From: Octopus sinensis
Taxonomy: Eukaryota
Reading direction: 5' to 3'
Length of the DNA: 64,000 nucleotides
Assembly: GCF_006345805.1 (NCBI RefSeq)
Contig: NC_043010.1
Span: 61,628,001-61,692,000 of the forward strand
Positions 34,041 to 46,662 of this stretch are shown in pieces. Below the pieces are notes generated by a model. The model was given only the letters and a program-made list of their open reading frames with translations. It searched no databases and was not told the DNA's origin. Position 1 is the first letter of the stretch. Every line of letters begins with the position of its first letter. A program made the translations under genes and the position numbers.

Positions 34041-37000
34041 GCACGCGCATATGATTTTAAATTCTCTCACACACACATATATATATATATATGAAAATGT
34101 AAATTTCAGTCATAAGAACTGGGGTAACCTGAGGTTATGTTAAAAGACACTTGTCCAAGATTCCATGCAGTGAGATTGAACCTGGAACCTCATGATTGAG
34201 AAGTAAACTCCTCAACCACTCGGCCATCATGTCTCCTGTACAGATACATATATCTATAATATATGTGTGTATGCGTACACACGCATCCAAAAGCATGGTT
34301 TTTATATAAATGTATTGTTCGGTATTTTGTAACCAAATTGTTGATTAAAAAAAAAAAAAAAACAGAAAAGGAGATGAAACTTTATCTTTGATGGTTTATT
34401 CAACCAGTGAAGAGTTGGTCTCACTGCTTCAATAAACTTTTAAAGGCAAAACTCAAAGTCCCACTCAGTATGATATAATACAATATTGTGTGCACACACA
34501 TATATATATGCATACACAGTTGGATGTGTGCCTATATATATATATATATATGTATATGCAGACGGATGTGTGCCTATATACATGTATTTATATATATATA
34601 AAAGCCACATGTATTAAATAGCAGCAGTGCTTTTGGAAATGGGAATATTTAAGGACCAAGGAGATAGTATGAGAATTCTTGGTGCTAAACTTTCTGCTTT
34701 GAAGTTGGTGTAAAACAAATATAAAATATATTTTATATTTTCAAGCTGGTCGTTTTAAACAATTTTTTAAATCATCGATAAATCATTAAGTTGTGTTGTG
34801 GCAGCAACAATTGGGATGCCAGACTAAGTTGTCTTTGGTATTCAGTTGTGTCCCTTTAGGTTCTGAGTTCAAATCAGGCTAAGGACAACTCAGTTTTTCA
34901 TTATTTCAAAGCTGATAAAATATGAACCAGTCAAGTCCCCCCCCCCCCAACAGACACACATTCCTTTTAAGATTTGTGGCCTTATGAGAAATCACCCCTT
35001 TGTTGTTTTTTTTAACAATTATTATTGGCCCTTTCTCTCCAATTTTGGCACAAGGCCGGCAGTTTTGAGGGGGAGGGGCTAGCTGTCTCAGTGCTCTACA
35101 AGTACTTCCTTCATTAACCCCAAAAGGGCAAAAGGCAAAATCGACCTTGGCAGAATTTGAATTCAGTGCCTAGTGCACTATGGATTCTGCCAGCTCACCA
35201 CCTTAATAATAATAATAATGTCATCAACGACCCCATCAGTGGTCTACAGACAAATCTTCTGTGGCATGAAGATTTTTTAAAGCTTTGTTATTGCATTCAT
35301 ATATTTCATTATCCTGTCCGCCATCAGACTGCGTTAAACGATGTTTAATTGATTTTGTTTTCTTTAATTTTTATTCGAATCTCCTTAGTTTTTACACTCA
35401 AGTGGTCCTTGAAAATATTCAGTTAACCTGAATGACCGATGATAAGAAACCAGTTGAGAAACCCTTTGGGAAGGAGGAGGACGTTTAAGCGTCTAAGGTT
35501 TCAGGGTTTTAGAGAGATCCCTAAATTGAAAAGGCTTCAATGAGAATTGAAGCCTGTTTGCATATTTGTCAAGAACTTAACATGTTCCTCCATATGCAAG
35601 AAATAATCAGGATTATTTGCATAATTAATTGATTTCTGGGTTTAGCACTAAGTGTTGCTGAGTTAATCCACTTTGGAAGTTGACTGATTCTTTGAATTAT
35701 CAACCCAGGATGAATGAAAAGTGAAGATGGCCCAAGCAGGATTTGAACTGACAATCTAAACTGATGCCACGAAATATTGTAAGGCATCTGTCTAACAATT
35801 TATCAATTCTGCCATGCCATCATCATCATCATCATAATAATTCTTTCTAATTTTGGCACAGGGTCAGCAATTTTGAGGAGGTGGGGGGAGGGATTGATTA
35901 CACTGACCCCAGGACCAAACTGGTAATTATTTTATCACACCTGAAAGAATGAAAAATAAAGTTGACTAAAGCAGGATTTGTGCTCCGAACGTAAAGGACC
36001 AGGAAGAAAGGCCACTAAGCTCACTGCATTAGAAGGGTTTCAGATTTTGGCAGAAGAGCAGCAAGTTTAGGGGAAGGGGTCCATCAATTAGACTGGCACC
36101 AGTACTTGATGACTGTCCGACAGGCCAACGGTTTTAGCAGATTGCTGCCTTAAAAAACAATACAAATAATACTAACAATGATAATGAAAAAATTTGGCAC
36201 AAGGCCACTGATTTTGCTGGAGGAGGGGAAGACATAATTGATGTAAATCACCCCAGTATATAACTGGTAATTAATTTAATATTTTCAGTGAAAATCTGAT
36301 TTAATCTGATGTAGTTTTCCAGACCAGATGGCTTAGTGTTCTTTCCAACCTATGGTCAGTTTGGAAGGTGAAAGGTCATTGTCAATGACCCCACCTCCCT
36401 CAATGACCAACTTCTATAAAAAATTTAGCCTCAGTGTTGTGGGTTCGAGTTTGGCCAAGGTCATAAGTGATATATTTTATTGAATTTTTTCCTGAAATTT
36501 GAACTCAGAATGTAAAGGAAAGTAACTAAATAATAGGAAAGGGTTTAGTCTGGGGATCTACCAATTCACTGCCGATATGTGTACACACGTGTATGTATAT
36601 ACATACATACATACACACACGCACATACATATATTAATGCATAGTTAACACTTTGTAATGATCAAAATGTGTAAGCCAGTCCGTTCCTTCCCAGAACTGC
36701 ATCCCACTAGAATCCCTTTCTCTGTCTTTGTTTTTCCTACACCTCTCCAACCCCCATCAATCTCACCAGCCTGGTCAAGGCCTGCAAAGGTCATGGACAC
36801 CCTCAGCCTTCTTCCGTCTCTGATCATCTTATATAGTGTAGCGTACTTCACTGTTCAGAGTACAGACACCAGTGAAGGACTGTGGACAAATATGGAATGT
36901 GTAAGGGAGTTTAGTATCAAAGTGAATCCTCTTAAAAATGGGGCAGGGGTTATGTGGAAACGACTTAAAGGTATTTCTCTTTTACTTTTTTCAGTTAGCC

Positions 37001-37111
37001 TGCAGCCATGCCGGAGCAATTTTTAGTTGAATGAATCAACCCCAGTAATTATTTATATACATATATATCTTATATACAAGTTTCTTTCAGTTTCCATCTA
37101 CCAAATCCATT

Positions 37112-37260
37112 CACATCATCATCATCATCATTGTTCGACCGTGGTCGAGACAATGGAATTTACCATGCTACGCCAGACTTCATGGTCCATCATGGCATTA
37201 CGGAGGTCCTGTTGCTGGATGCCTGTATCCCTGGAGATTACATCAAGGTAGGAGAGCTTT
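37112..37260 (-). mobile_element. 5'-truncated RTE-type LINE 3' end with (ATG)n tail, inserted in a family B SINE
   Basis: Translation LSYLDVISRDTGIQQQDLRNAMMDHEVWRSMVNSIVSTTVEQ* followed by (ATG)n. The flanks continue the SINE. Confidence 0.6.
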
Positions 37261-39599
37261 TGTTGGCCCAAGGCTTTAGTAGAAGACAGTGCCACACAGT
37301 GGGACTGAACCCAGAACCAGGTGGTTACCAGAGACACACCTGTGCCTATATTTGTAGGTAGATACAATATTAAATTCTTACTATATGGAAACTGAGTTAA
37401 CTTGTTTTTTGATAGTCAGCTGCTTTCCGGAATTCTCCACATTTCATATTATGTATCTACACACATTTCATTTCCATTGGCCAACAGAGAGGCTGTGACA
37501 ACTGATTTGCATATGATTAGGTTTGTTTATGGAGAGAAAGAGTTTAATGATTTCAATTGATCTATGAAGCACTTAACATCTTTGCGACTCTCACGATGGC
37601 GTTGGCAGGATTCCAGAAACATGCGTGAAAGAGAGATCAATGAATTGGCCGAAATTGTTTGGGAAGTTGCAGACCATTCTAGAAGAACGTAAAACGATGG
37701 GGGTAAGAAATTGCTTTTTCTTTTGACTACTTAGTCCTCGGAAGTGGGTTGATGGGCAGAGCCCCTTGCAGGCGTTCCCAGACCAGTAAGGCTGACATTT
37801 GTAGGGAGGAAATAGGGGAAGACTAAGAGAGAGTTACAGAGTTATAATTGTGGAGAGAGGAATGGGAAAAGGATCTGTGGTTTAGTAGGGAGCAGCGAGT
37901 GAGGTGAGCTGGGGGCCTCAAACAGGTTTGGTAAACAACTTGTTTGTTCAACAGGGGACGTTGTAGCATTACTAGAAGATTCTATGGTAGGGTTAGTAAT
38001 TATAGTGGTTGTTGAGTAAAGGCTAGCTGGATGCAGTAACAAAAGCTCGTTACTAACATTTTACACTGGACTGTCCTCTGTCATGAGGGTGGAGGGTCAG
38101 GTGGAAGTTTACAATGGACAAAAGAAATAGACATTAGACCATAACTTAAGAACCACAAACACTTTAAAAGCTGACAAACTGATGACAAACTACATTTCAA
38201 CCTAAAACTCATTATTGATCAATGGCCGAAACATAATAAACTAATGCAATGTTAATTAATTAAAAGACTGCACTTCATAGTGAGTTATCAGCTGTTAATG
38301 AGCAGTCATACTAAAGTCAGAATGGATTTGTGAAAGATCCGATCGCTGGTTTTATTAAGGGTCATTGACATTTATACCAGTGATGTAGCATGGGTGCACC
38401 CACAGGGGACAGTGGCCCTGAGGGTGCAAGATTTCAAAACAAAAAGAAAATAATGAAAGTAGTGATGGGCCATGGCTTGTTGGGGGTGGGGGGGTATGTG
38501 AAATAGTTGCCTTGCTTGGAGTGCTGACAACCAACACTATGCCTGTGATCTCTACAACTACTCCCAAAGGCTTCTACCTAGTCTCCAACAGCCACACTAC
38601 ACCAAAGTTACTGTCGACGTTAACAGTGAACCCCCACAACCACCAACGACATAAAACTACACATTTTGAGGTTTCTCAAGATTATACAGCAATACAATCT
38701 CAAGCATCATCATCATCATTATTATTATTGTTGTTGTTGTTGTTAAGATAGCGATACATGCCATCAAAGTGATGCTGGGTTACAAATATACAAAGCCCAA
38801 TATACCCATAGTTACTACCCGTCTGATAAGGGTACACCAGACACATGCATCACATCCAAATGTGAAAGACATGGTGACCTCATATCAAGCTAAACAGAGC
38901 ATGACGTTATTATTATTATTATTATTATCATTATCATCATCATCGTTGTCACTATTTTTAATGGGTTGTTGGCTTAAAAATAAGAAAGTATATATATAAC
39001 GTGTATGCATGCTGTTTACATAAATATGTTTATGCCTGATGTTCATATATATATATATATAAATCCACACACACACACGTGAGCATTTGAATTTACAAGA
39101 GCAAGAAAGGTACTCAATACATATATTAGAGTATATATAGAACATATTCATTTATTCAAAGCTGGAGGTTCTCTCCAGCACTACTCTGAGTTTCATGTTT
39201 CCATTTTTCACACAGAAACTTACAGTAGAAATGGAGAGAAACCTATATATAAACACATGTATGCATACACACACACACAAGATATGTTATTCTATGTCCA
39301 ACAGCAGACAAACCAGGTTCTATAATTCAGGTGCCATTTGAAATACAATCAACAGTGAAGTGAAATACAATGAAACGATGAACCTGACCTCTTCCCCACA
39401 CACACACGCATACTATCTCTTCTTCCTCCTCCTCCTCCTCCCTGATAGTTATTGGTAATGCAGTGGCGGAAACGGAAAATACTTGGGGATGAGGGGATAC
39501 TGGTGGAAGCTGTCCCCTGTTGTGTTGACCCCTGATAAATAAAGGGAAGGGATATTTTGGATAGTTTTATTCATAAACACATTGCGTACATAGAACAGT

Positions 39600-39630
39600 G
39601 TGTGTACTATGTGTTGTGTGTGTGTGTGTG

Positions 39631-39688
<58 letters not shown>

Positions 39689-39715
39689 CCACACCCACAC
39701 ACACATATATGTATA

Positions 39716-39751
<36 letters not shown>

Positions 39752-39977
39752 CATACATGTGTGTGTGTGTCTGTATGTATATATATATGTATGTACATAT
39801 ATGTATATATATATATATACACACACATGCATACATGTATGTACATATACACAAATATATATATATATACAACACAAACACACTTTCATAACTGGAGAGT
39901 AACAGATTTATATTTTTGTACTCAGCTAAATTCTTTTTGTAATAGTTATTTCAGATGTATGTATGTATATATGTGTA

Positions 39978-40031
<54 letters not shown>

Positions 40032-40150
40032 TATACATATATATATATATACACACACATGCATACATGTATGTACATATACACAAATATATATATATAT
40101 ATATATACATACATGTGTGTGTGTGTCTGTATGTATATATATATATGTAA
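39600..40150. repeat. Compound (TA)n/(CA)n/(TG)n microsatellite block
   Basis: Direct reading. It is the source of the many YI-repeat ORFs. Confidence 0.95.
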
Positions 40151-41088
40151 ACAGACATGTATATAAGTTTACATAAATGGCAGCTGATCTAAGAACACAA
40201 GACATCTCAGTCTCCGAGTATAGAATGAAGAGTGAAGATATTTTATAATCTGAGGGATTTTAGAGAAACCGGCCAATCCAAGGAAGTGTTTCTTGCAATG
40301 TAATTCCTGCCTGAATTGGGTTGAAACAGAATAGATATAGAAAAACCTTCCTGATTGGTCAGTTTTCCCTGGCCTCTTTTCTGGTTCTGTTCAGTTTTTC
40401 ATGTAAAGTTAAAAGATTCAATGGTTGGGGGCTGAATTTATTCCAATTGGAAACATCTGTGTTCATCAGTGGAATTCTTCTGTTGGGAACACAATGACAT
40501 AAAAAATATCCCGTTTTAAAAAAAAAGAGATTTTCATAGAAATTTCCTCCATTTCTTTACGTGTGGTTATGAGGTTGTTTTCTAGAGATAAGCTTCAATG
40601 AGAATGTGTCGTCGTTTCAATGGTTAGGAGGATGCGGCGTAAACAAAGAGCTCAGGTGTGGGGTGTAGCCAGCTGTGAAAGTAGAACTGAGTGCAGACGT
40701 ATGAACTGAAGCATAATTTTTTTTTGTGGGTGGGGGGCGTGGAGGGGTTTAAAAGTTCGAATGAGATTTACTCACTGATACACAAACACACTGAAAAGTG
40801 TAACGGTCTCAAACTGAACAGTAGAAAAAAAAATTTCATATACATACATATACATATATATACATATATATACTTATACATATATATACATTTACATGTA
40901 TGTGTGTATATATCAAAGAACTTTTTATACTTGGTGAGATTTTTCCTGCCAAATTCAAGGTTCAAAGCTCTTTCTCTTTAAATTTTCTTCTATAGCTTTC
41001 GTCATCGACTCCTGCTATTTTCTTGTAGTTTAATTGGTGGGATGCTGTGAAGGGTTTTCTTTGAAGAAGCAGAAATAAAGATCGGAGT

Positions 41089-43005
41089 TCAGACTTGGTT
41101 CTGTAAACCGGGACCTGGGTAGAGAGTCTGCCATAACAGAGTACTCATCGGTGTGTACTCTTTGATGTTTTTGCATGAAGTTGGCTTCAAGAAATTGTTC
41201 CGGACAGGTTTATGTATTCTTTTGTGATTTTGCATTTCTTCCATGGTGGCAAACTGCTTTGTACATATGTCACACTGTGGTGGTGGAGATGTACTCGTGG
41301 CATGTATTCTGTGGTGCATCTGAAGAGCATCTCGCTGAGGGAATTGTTGCATACACATTTCGCAATTCAGTGGCTTATCAGGAGATGCATGTATCTTTTT
41401 ATGTGCTTGCAGTTGAGGTTTCCGGACGAATTGTTCTCGACATATATCGCACTGAAACGGTTTCTCGCCCGTATGACTTCTTGTATGTATCTGCAGTTTG
41501 TCCTTCCTTGCAAATTGCTTCGGACAAATCTCACAGTGAAATGGTTTTTCGCCTGTGTGTATTCGTCTATGGATCTTCAAGTGATACCTTTGGGCAAATT
41601 TTTTTGAGCAAATTTCACAATGGAAAGGTTTTTCATCGGTGTGAGTCCTTCGATGGATTTGCAGACGGTCTTTCCTCGCAAACTGTTTCGAGCAGATCTC
41701 ACAGTGAAAGGGTTTCTCCCCTGTATGAGTCCTTTCATGAATCTGCAGTTTGTCCTTCTGGACGAACTGCTTCGGACAATAGTTACACTGGAACAGTTTC
41801 TCACCCGTGTGTGTCCTTCTATGCAACTGCAGCTTGTCACCTCGAGAAAATTGTTTCGGACAAAATTCACAGTGAAAAGGCTTCTCTCCCGTATGGAGTC
41901 TCTCGTGGATCTTCATTTTCCCCTTTTCGACAAACTGTTTTTCACAATATTTACACTGGTACGGCCTTTCGCCCGTGTGTGTACTCTTATGAATTTTCAG
42001 CTTGTCTTTACGGGAAAACTGCTTCGGACAAAATTCACAGTGGAAGGGCGTCTCACCTGTGTGAATCCTCTCATGAATCTGAAGCTTATCCCTATGAACA
42101 AACTGTTTCTCACAGTAATGGCAATGGAACAATTTCTCACCTGTATGTGTCCGCCTATGTAATTGTAGCTTGTCACCGCGGGAAAATTGTTTGGTGCAAA
42201 ATTCACAGTGAAACGGCGTCTCCCCCGTATGGATCCTCTCATGGACTTTCAGCTTGTCTCTCTGGACGAATCGTTTCTCACAGTAACTGCAATTGTAGGG
42301 CCTGATTCCCGTGTGCGTGCTTCGGTGAATTTTCAGTTTGTCCTTACGAGAGAATTGCTTGTTACAAAATTCACAGTGAAACGGCTTTTCACCCGTATGA
42401 ATCCTCTCGTGGATTTGCAGCTTATCTCTGTGGATAAACTGTTTTTCACAAAAGCTGCATTGGAACAGTTTCTCACCAGTATGGATCCTCTGGTGCAACT
42501 GCAGTGTGTTTCGGCGAGCAAATTGTTTTGGGCAGGTGTCGCACTGGTACGGCTTCACAGGTGTCGAAGGGGGCTGCGGCTTCGGCACGTTGGCTACGAC
42601 TGGCTTATTGTTTACGATGGGCTGCATTTGGGGGGACTGTTTAGGACACGGTGCAGCGGCGGCAGCAGCAGCTGCTGCTGCTGCCGCAGCACTCTGCGTT
42701 TGCTTCTCAATAGCGTGCATAGTTTCATATGTCTGGAAGTAGCAGTTCTGTGGAAACTGGTTGCCATAGATGTGTCCATGAAATAACTTTTGATTTGTAT
42801 GCATCAGCCCATGAGTCTGCAGGTAGTAGCTCTGGGCAAACTGGTTCACATACGTTTGGTTGGGAAATGTTTTCTCATTAACATCTTGCATTCGATGAGG
42901 CTGAAGGCTGTTAGGGGGTGTGGGAAATTGCTTCCGAGCAATGTTCCCATGGACTGGTGGTTTTCCATCCGAAGGGAGTTTCTCCATGTTTGCTTCAAAG
43001 TTCAT
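41089..43005 (-). CDS. C2H2 zinc-finger protein, 638 aa, 16 fingers with TGEKP-type linkers, poly-Ala and a Q/P-rich N-terminus
   Basis: Long ORF with 28-aa periodic CxxC-F-L-HxxxH fingers starting at 42549. Acceptor ttttaag| at 43029-43030, with the frame open to the acceptor, so an N-terminal extension is possible. Confidence 0.95.
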   Translation of the reverse strand: MNFEANMEKLPSDGKPPVHGNIARKQFPTPPNSLQPHRMQDVNEKTFPNQTYVNQFAQSYYLQTHGLMHTNQKLFHGHIYGNQFPQNCYFQTYETMHAIEKQTQSAAAAAAAAAAAAAPCPKQSPQMQPIVNNKPVVANVPKPQPPSTPVKPYQCDTCPKQFARRNTLQLHQRIHTGEKLFQCSFCEKQFIHRDKLQIHERIHTGEKPFHCEFCNKQFSRKDKLKIHRSTHTGIRPYNCSYCEKRFVQRDKLKVHERIHTGETPFHCEFCTKQFSRGDKLQLHRRTHTGEKLFHCHYCEKQFVHRDKLQIHERIHTGETPFHCEFCPKQFSRKDKLKIHKSTHTGERPYQCKYCEKQFVEKGKMKIHERLHTGEKPFHCEFCPKQFSRGDKLQLHRRTHTGEKLFQCNYCPKQFVQKDKLQIHERTHTGEKPFHCEICSKQFARKDRLQIHRRTHTDEKPFHCEICSKKFAQRYHLKIHRRIHTGEKPFHCEICPKQFARKDKLQIHTRSHTGEKPFQCDICREQFVRKPQLQAHKKIHASPDKPLNCEMCMQQFPQRDALQMHHRIHATSTSPPPQCDICTKQFATMEEMQNHKRIHKPVRNNFLKPTSCKNIKEYTPMSTLLWQTLYPGPGLQNQV

Positions 43006-43854
43006 AGAGATTTTTTTAAGAGTCCTTCCTTAAAATAATAAAAAAGAGAACAAACACTATATTTATGAATATATATATATATAAACTACACACTCACACA
43101 CAGACAGAGCAGGCGAGCTAGAGAACAAAGTGTGTATGAATATAGGTACGTGTGTAGGTATGTCTATGTGTGCAGTCAATAATGTGTTTGCATCCAGTTA
43201 GTTGATATGTGGTCTTCTAGTCTGGACAGAGAGGAGTGTTTCTTCAACGGAGCCTTCTTTCTGCATTGTTTTTTGGTTTTTATCTGAAATATAAGAGAAA
43301 ACAAGAAATTATTAAAGATTGGCATTTGGGAAGACAACAAAATGGATCAACATCATCATCATCATCATTTAATGTCTGTTTTCCATGCTGGCATGGATGG
43401 GTTGGATGGTTTGACAGGAGCTGGCTAGCCAGAGGATTCTATCCAGCTCTACTGTCTGTTTTAGCATGGTGTCTACGACTGGATGCCTTTCTTGATGCCA
43501 ACCCCTTTACAGTGTGTACTGGGTGCTTTTTATGTGGTGCTACCACCCGTGCTTCAAACGTGGCTCTAACACAGGTGCTTTATCCTAATTTAACATTGGA
43601 CTTAAGGTAGTAAAGGTATTTCATCAAGGTACAAATACAGCAGGATGATTGTGTTGGTTGTTTCATATAAACAGAGCCACAACTGGCTGTCCATCTAAGA
43701 AATTTAGGGAGAGAATTCTGAAAACATTCCGGTTGTATTACACCTCATCAGAGAAGCACAGCCACCACATTACTAGCTGAAGTAATGATGAAGGAATCAC
43801 CAAGTAAATGTACAATATTATACATCAGATATATACTGTTATAATATATATACA

Positions 43855-44197
43855 GGCATAGCAGTGGTTGTGTGGTAAGAAGCTTGCTTCTCAACCACAT
43901 GGTTCTGGGTTCAGTCCCACTGCATGGCACCTTGGGCAAGTGTCTGCTACTATAGCCTCAGGCCAACCAAAGCCTTGTGAATGGATTTGGTAGATGGAAA
44001 CTGAAAGAAACCCATCATATATATATATACATATAAGTTTGAGTATCTGTGTTTGTCCCCCCACCATCGCTAGTGGTTCGGCAAATGAGACAGGATAAGT
44101 ACTAAGCTTACAAAGAATAAGTCCTGAGGTCAATTTGTTCGACTAAAGGCAGTGCTCCAGCATGGCCATAGTCAAAGACTGAAACAAGTGAAAGAAT
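43855..44197 (+). mobile_element. tRNA-headed SINE (family B)
   Basis: Homologous to 12861-13222 and 62812-63170. Confidence 0.8.
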
Positions 44198-44199
44198 AT

Positions 44200-44570
44200 T
44201 TATGTGATAGTGTATACTGTTATACATACATATAGGAGACTCCCTTCGGTCATGAATGACCATGACATTGCACCTGGAAAGTCACCCTCCAAGGCACAAG
44301 TCCAGGCAAGGTTGCTTTTTTTATGGAAGACCAGCAGTCACCCATGCATACCAGCCTCCCCCCTCTACACCACTCATGTTATTCAAGGGAAAGGCAGAGG
44401 CTTGGCACAAGTGATGTCGCAACTCATTTCTACAGCTGAGTGAACTGGAAAAACATGAAATAAAGTGTCTTGCTCAAGAACACAACATGCAGCTTGGTCT
44501 AGGAATCAAACTCACAACCTCACGATCGTAAGCTCGATGCTCTAACCACTGGGCCATGCACCTTCACTAT
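44200..44570 (-). mobile_element. tRNA-headed SINE, mosaic (head as 9460-9636, distinct tail)
   Basis: gaaggtgcatggcccagtggttagagc...ttgtgttcttgagcaagacactt on the minus strand. Confidence 0.65.
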
Positions 44571-44576
44571 ACATGC

Positions 44577-44611
<35 letters not shown>

Positions 44612-44790
44612 TAATACATCATGTAACTAGACAGTGTAGGAAAAATAACGAGAAGAAATGTTGAGAGATTTAAATTATTTTCAGACACAATCTGCATACA
44701 AAGACAATAATAAAGTTTCTGTTTGAACAGTTTATGTACATATAACTAGTGTGTATTCTATTATTTGGCAATTCTTTCATCAGTTATTAA

Positions 44791-45009
44791 CCCTTTAGTA
44801 TTTAAACCTGCCATATCCGGCCAAAATAGCTGACCTGTTTTATGTTCAAACTGACCAGATCCAGGCTCTCACACCTACCCTACAATGTTAGTCTACATTA
44901 AGTAATTACACCATCAAGATCTTGAAGATATGAGATAATGCATGATTAATTCAAATCAATGAGAATCAATAAGCATTATGTTTGATTGAATAATCTGAAC
45001 ACTAAAGGG
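44791..45009. mobile_element. piggyBac-type MITE (family P2)
   Basis: TTAA-CCCTTTAGT ... ACTAAAGGG-TTAA. Related copies at 19133-19343 and 51172-51391. Confidence 0.8.
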
Positions 45010-46333
45010 TTAAATGCCTGTAGGGACACCATATTTTGTTGTCATCATCATCATCGTTTAATGTCCGTTTTCCATGCTGGCAAGGGTTGGACAGTTCGAC
45101 TCTAGTCTGGGAAGCCAGATGGCTGCACCAGGCCTCAATCTGATCAGTGTTTCTACAGCTGGATGCCCTTCCTAATGCCAACCACTCCGAGAGTGGAGTG
45201 GGTACTTTTTACGTGCCACCGACACGGAAGCCAGTCAAGGTGTCACTGGCATCGTCCACATTCGGATGGTGCTTTTTACATGCCACCTGCACGGGGATCG
45301 CAACTACAATTTCCATTAGTTGTAATATTCTACAAAATATCTAAAACATTTTTACAAGTCAATACTGTGTTAGCAGTGGCCATTTAAGCAATGAGTTTGT
45401 GGACGGCCAATGGGTCGGATGGGTGTTGATGACAGAACAAAAACTCCTGACATTTGGCAGATACACTCATCACCCATTTTTCATCTCATTGCTGTTTACC
45501 CAAGGCATCTCGGATATGAAACATTGTAACAAAATCAGTGTCAGCTGGAATTTCTATAGAAAACCTGCAGAGATCTCTCATCAGTATTTCAGTAATTACA
45601 GCCAAGTTTATGATTTACAACTTTTTGGCTTGTTTCTGATGCTTCCTTGCATTAAATATGCCAGCAGTGACTTAACTATCATTTTTCCACGCAGATACCA
45701 CCCAAGAGAATTTTAATTAATCTCTGAATAGAGATTACAGAGGCTTTTACAATTATATTAATATCACATCTATTCATAGTACCAGTTACCATGGTTACCG
45801 TGGTTATGTCACCATTGTGGTCATGTGACAGGGATGTTTACATAGAGCTTAGTAGTTATTTGCATAAAGATAACAAACAGCTCAGTGTGTGTGTGTGTAA
45901 GGTCAACTTATGTGGACCTGCTACAGAAAGATGATGTCCTACCACCAAGTGGTGCAGTCCAGGGTCACCAAATTGCAACAAGACATTTGGGATTTTCATT
46001 TTAAAGGGGGAAATTCACAAAGAAATTCCATTTCCAAATTCTCCCCCATCAAGCACACACACACACTGTTGCCTGGGACAACCTAGGTCAGACATATGCC
46101 TAACGACATTCAAGATATGACCATCCCTCTTTTGTATATTAGAGACTACATTATTCAAAATGACTGTCCCACGGTTTTTAAGACAGCAGGCTGAGTTGAG
46201 GCAGATTTGGTTGCTATTTCTAGTAGGTTCAATGACGGAGCAGAAGCTGTCTCATTGCTTTATTAATATCACAGAGTTACATGTTACATCATACATATAT
46301 AATTTTCTCTCTCTCACCCTCCCTCTGTATGTA

Positions 46334-46426
<93 letters not shown>

Positions 46427-46662
46427 ATAATATATAAATATATGCATATATACATACATATATGTACACACCTACATCTATATGTATATATACATGCATA
46501 CATGGGTACAGGACGTAAAAAAAAACGTTGAACACAATGAGAAATGAAAACAAAAAAACAAAAACATGGAAACAAACTTTTTTTTCAAACAACGAAAAAA
46601 CAGAGTACAAGGAAAGTTCCCCTTTTTCAGTTGTCCCTGTTTCGTCTACTCTGCGTTTCAAA

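Noticed and set aside
35440-35462. CCGATGA-TAA-GAAACCAGTT hammerhead-like string
   Set aside because: No stem II and no stem I pairing, so probably chance.
39449-40205. Many overlapping YI/CV-rich ORFs (also near 33.0, 46.3, 49.0 and 60.5 kb)
   Set aside because: Artefacts of (TA)n/(TG)n microsatellites.
41175-42786. Long plus-strand ORFs (376, 180 and 199 aa) antisense to the zinc-finger gene
   Set aside because: Shadow frames expected from a repetitive finger-coding sequence, with no domain features.
43715-43755. Minus-strand CTGATGAG-GTGT..CAAC-CGGAAT
   Set aside because: GAAAC is absent and the flanking helices are not convincing.
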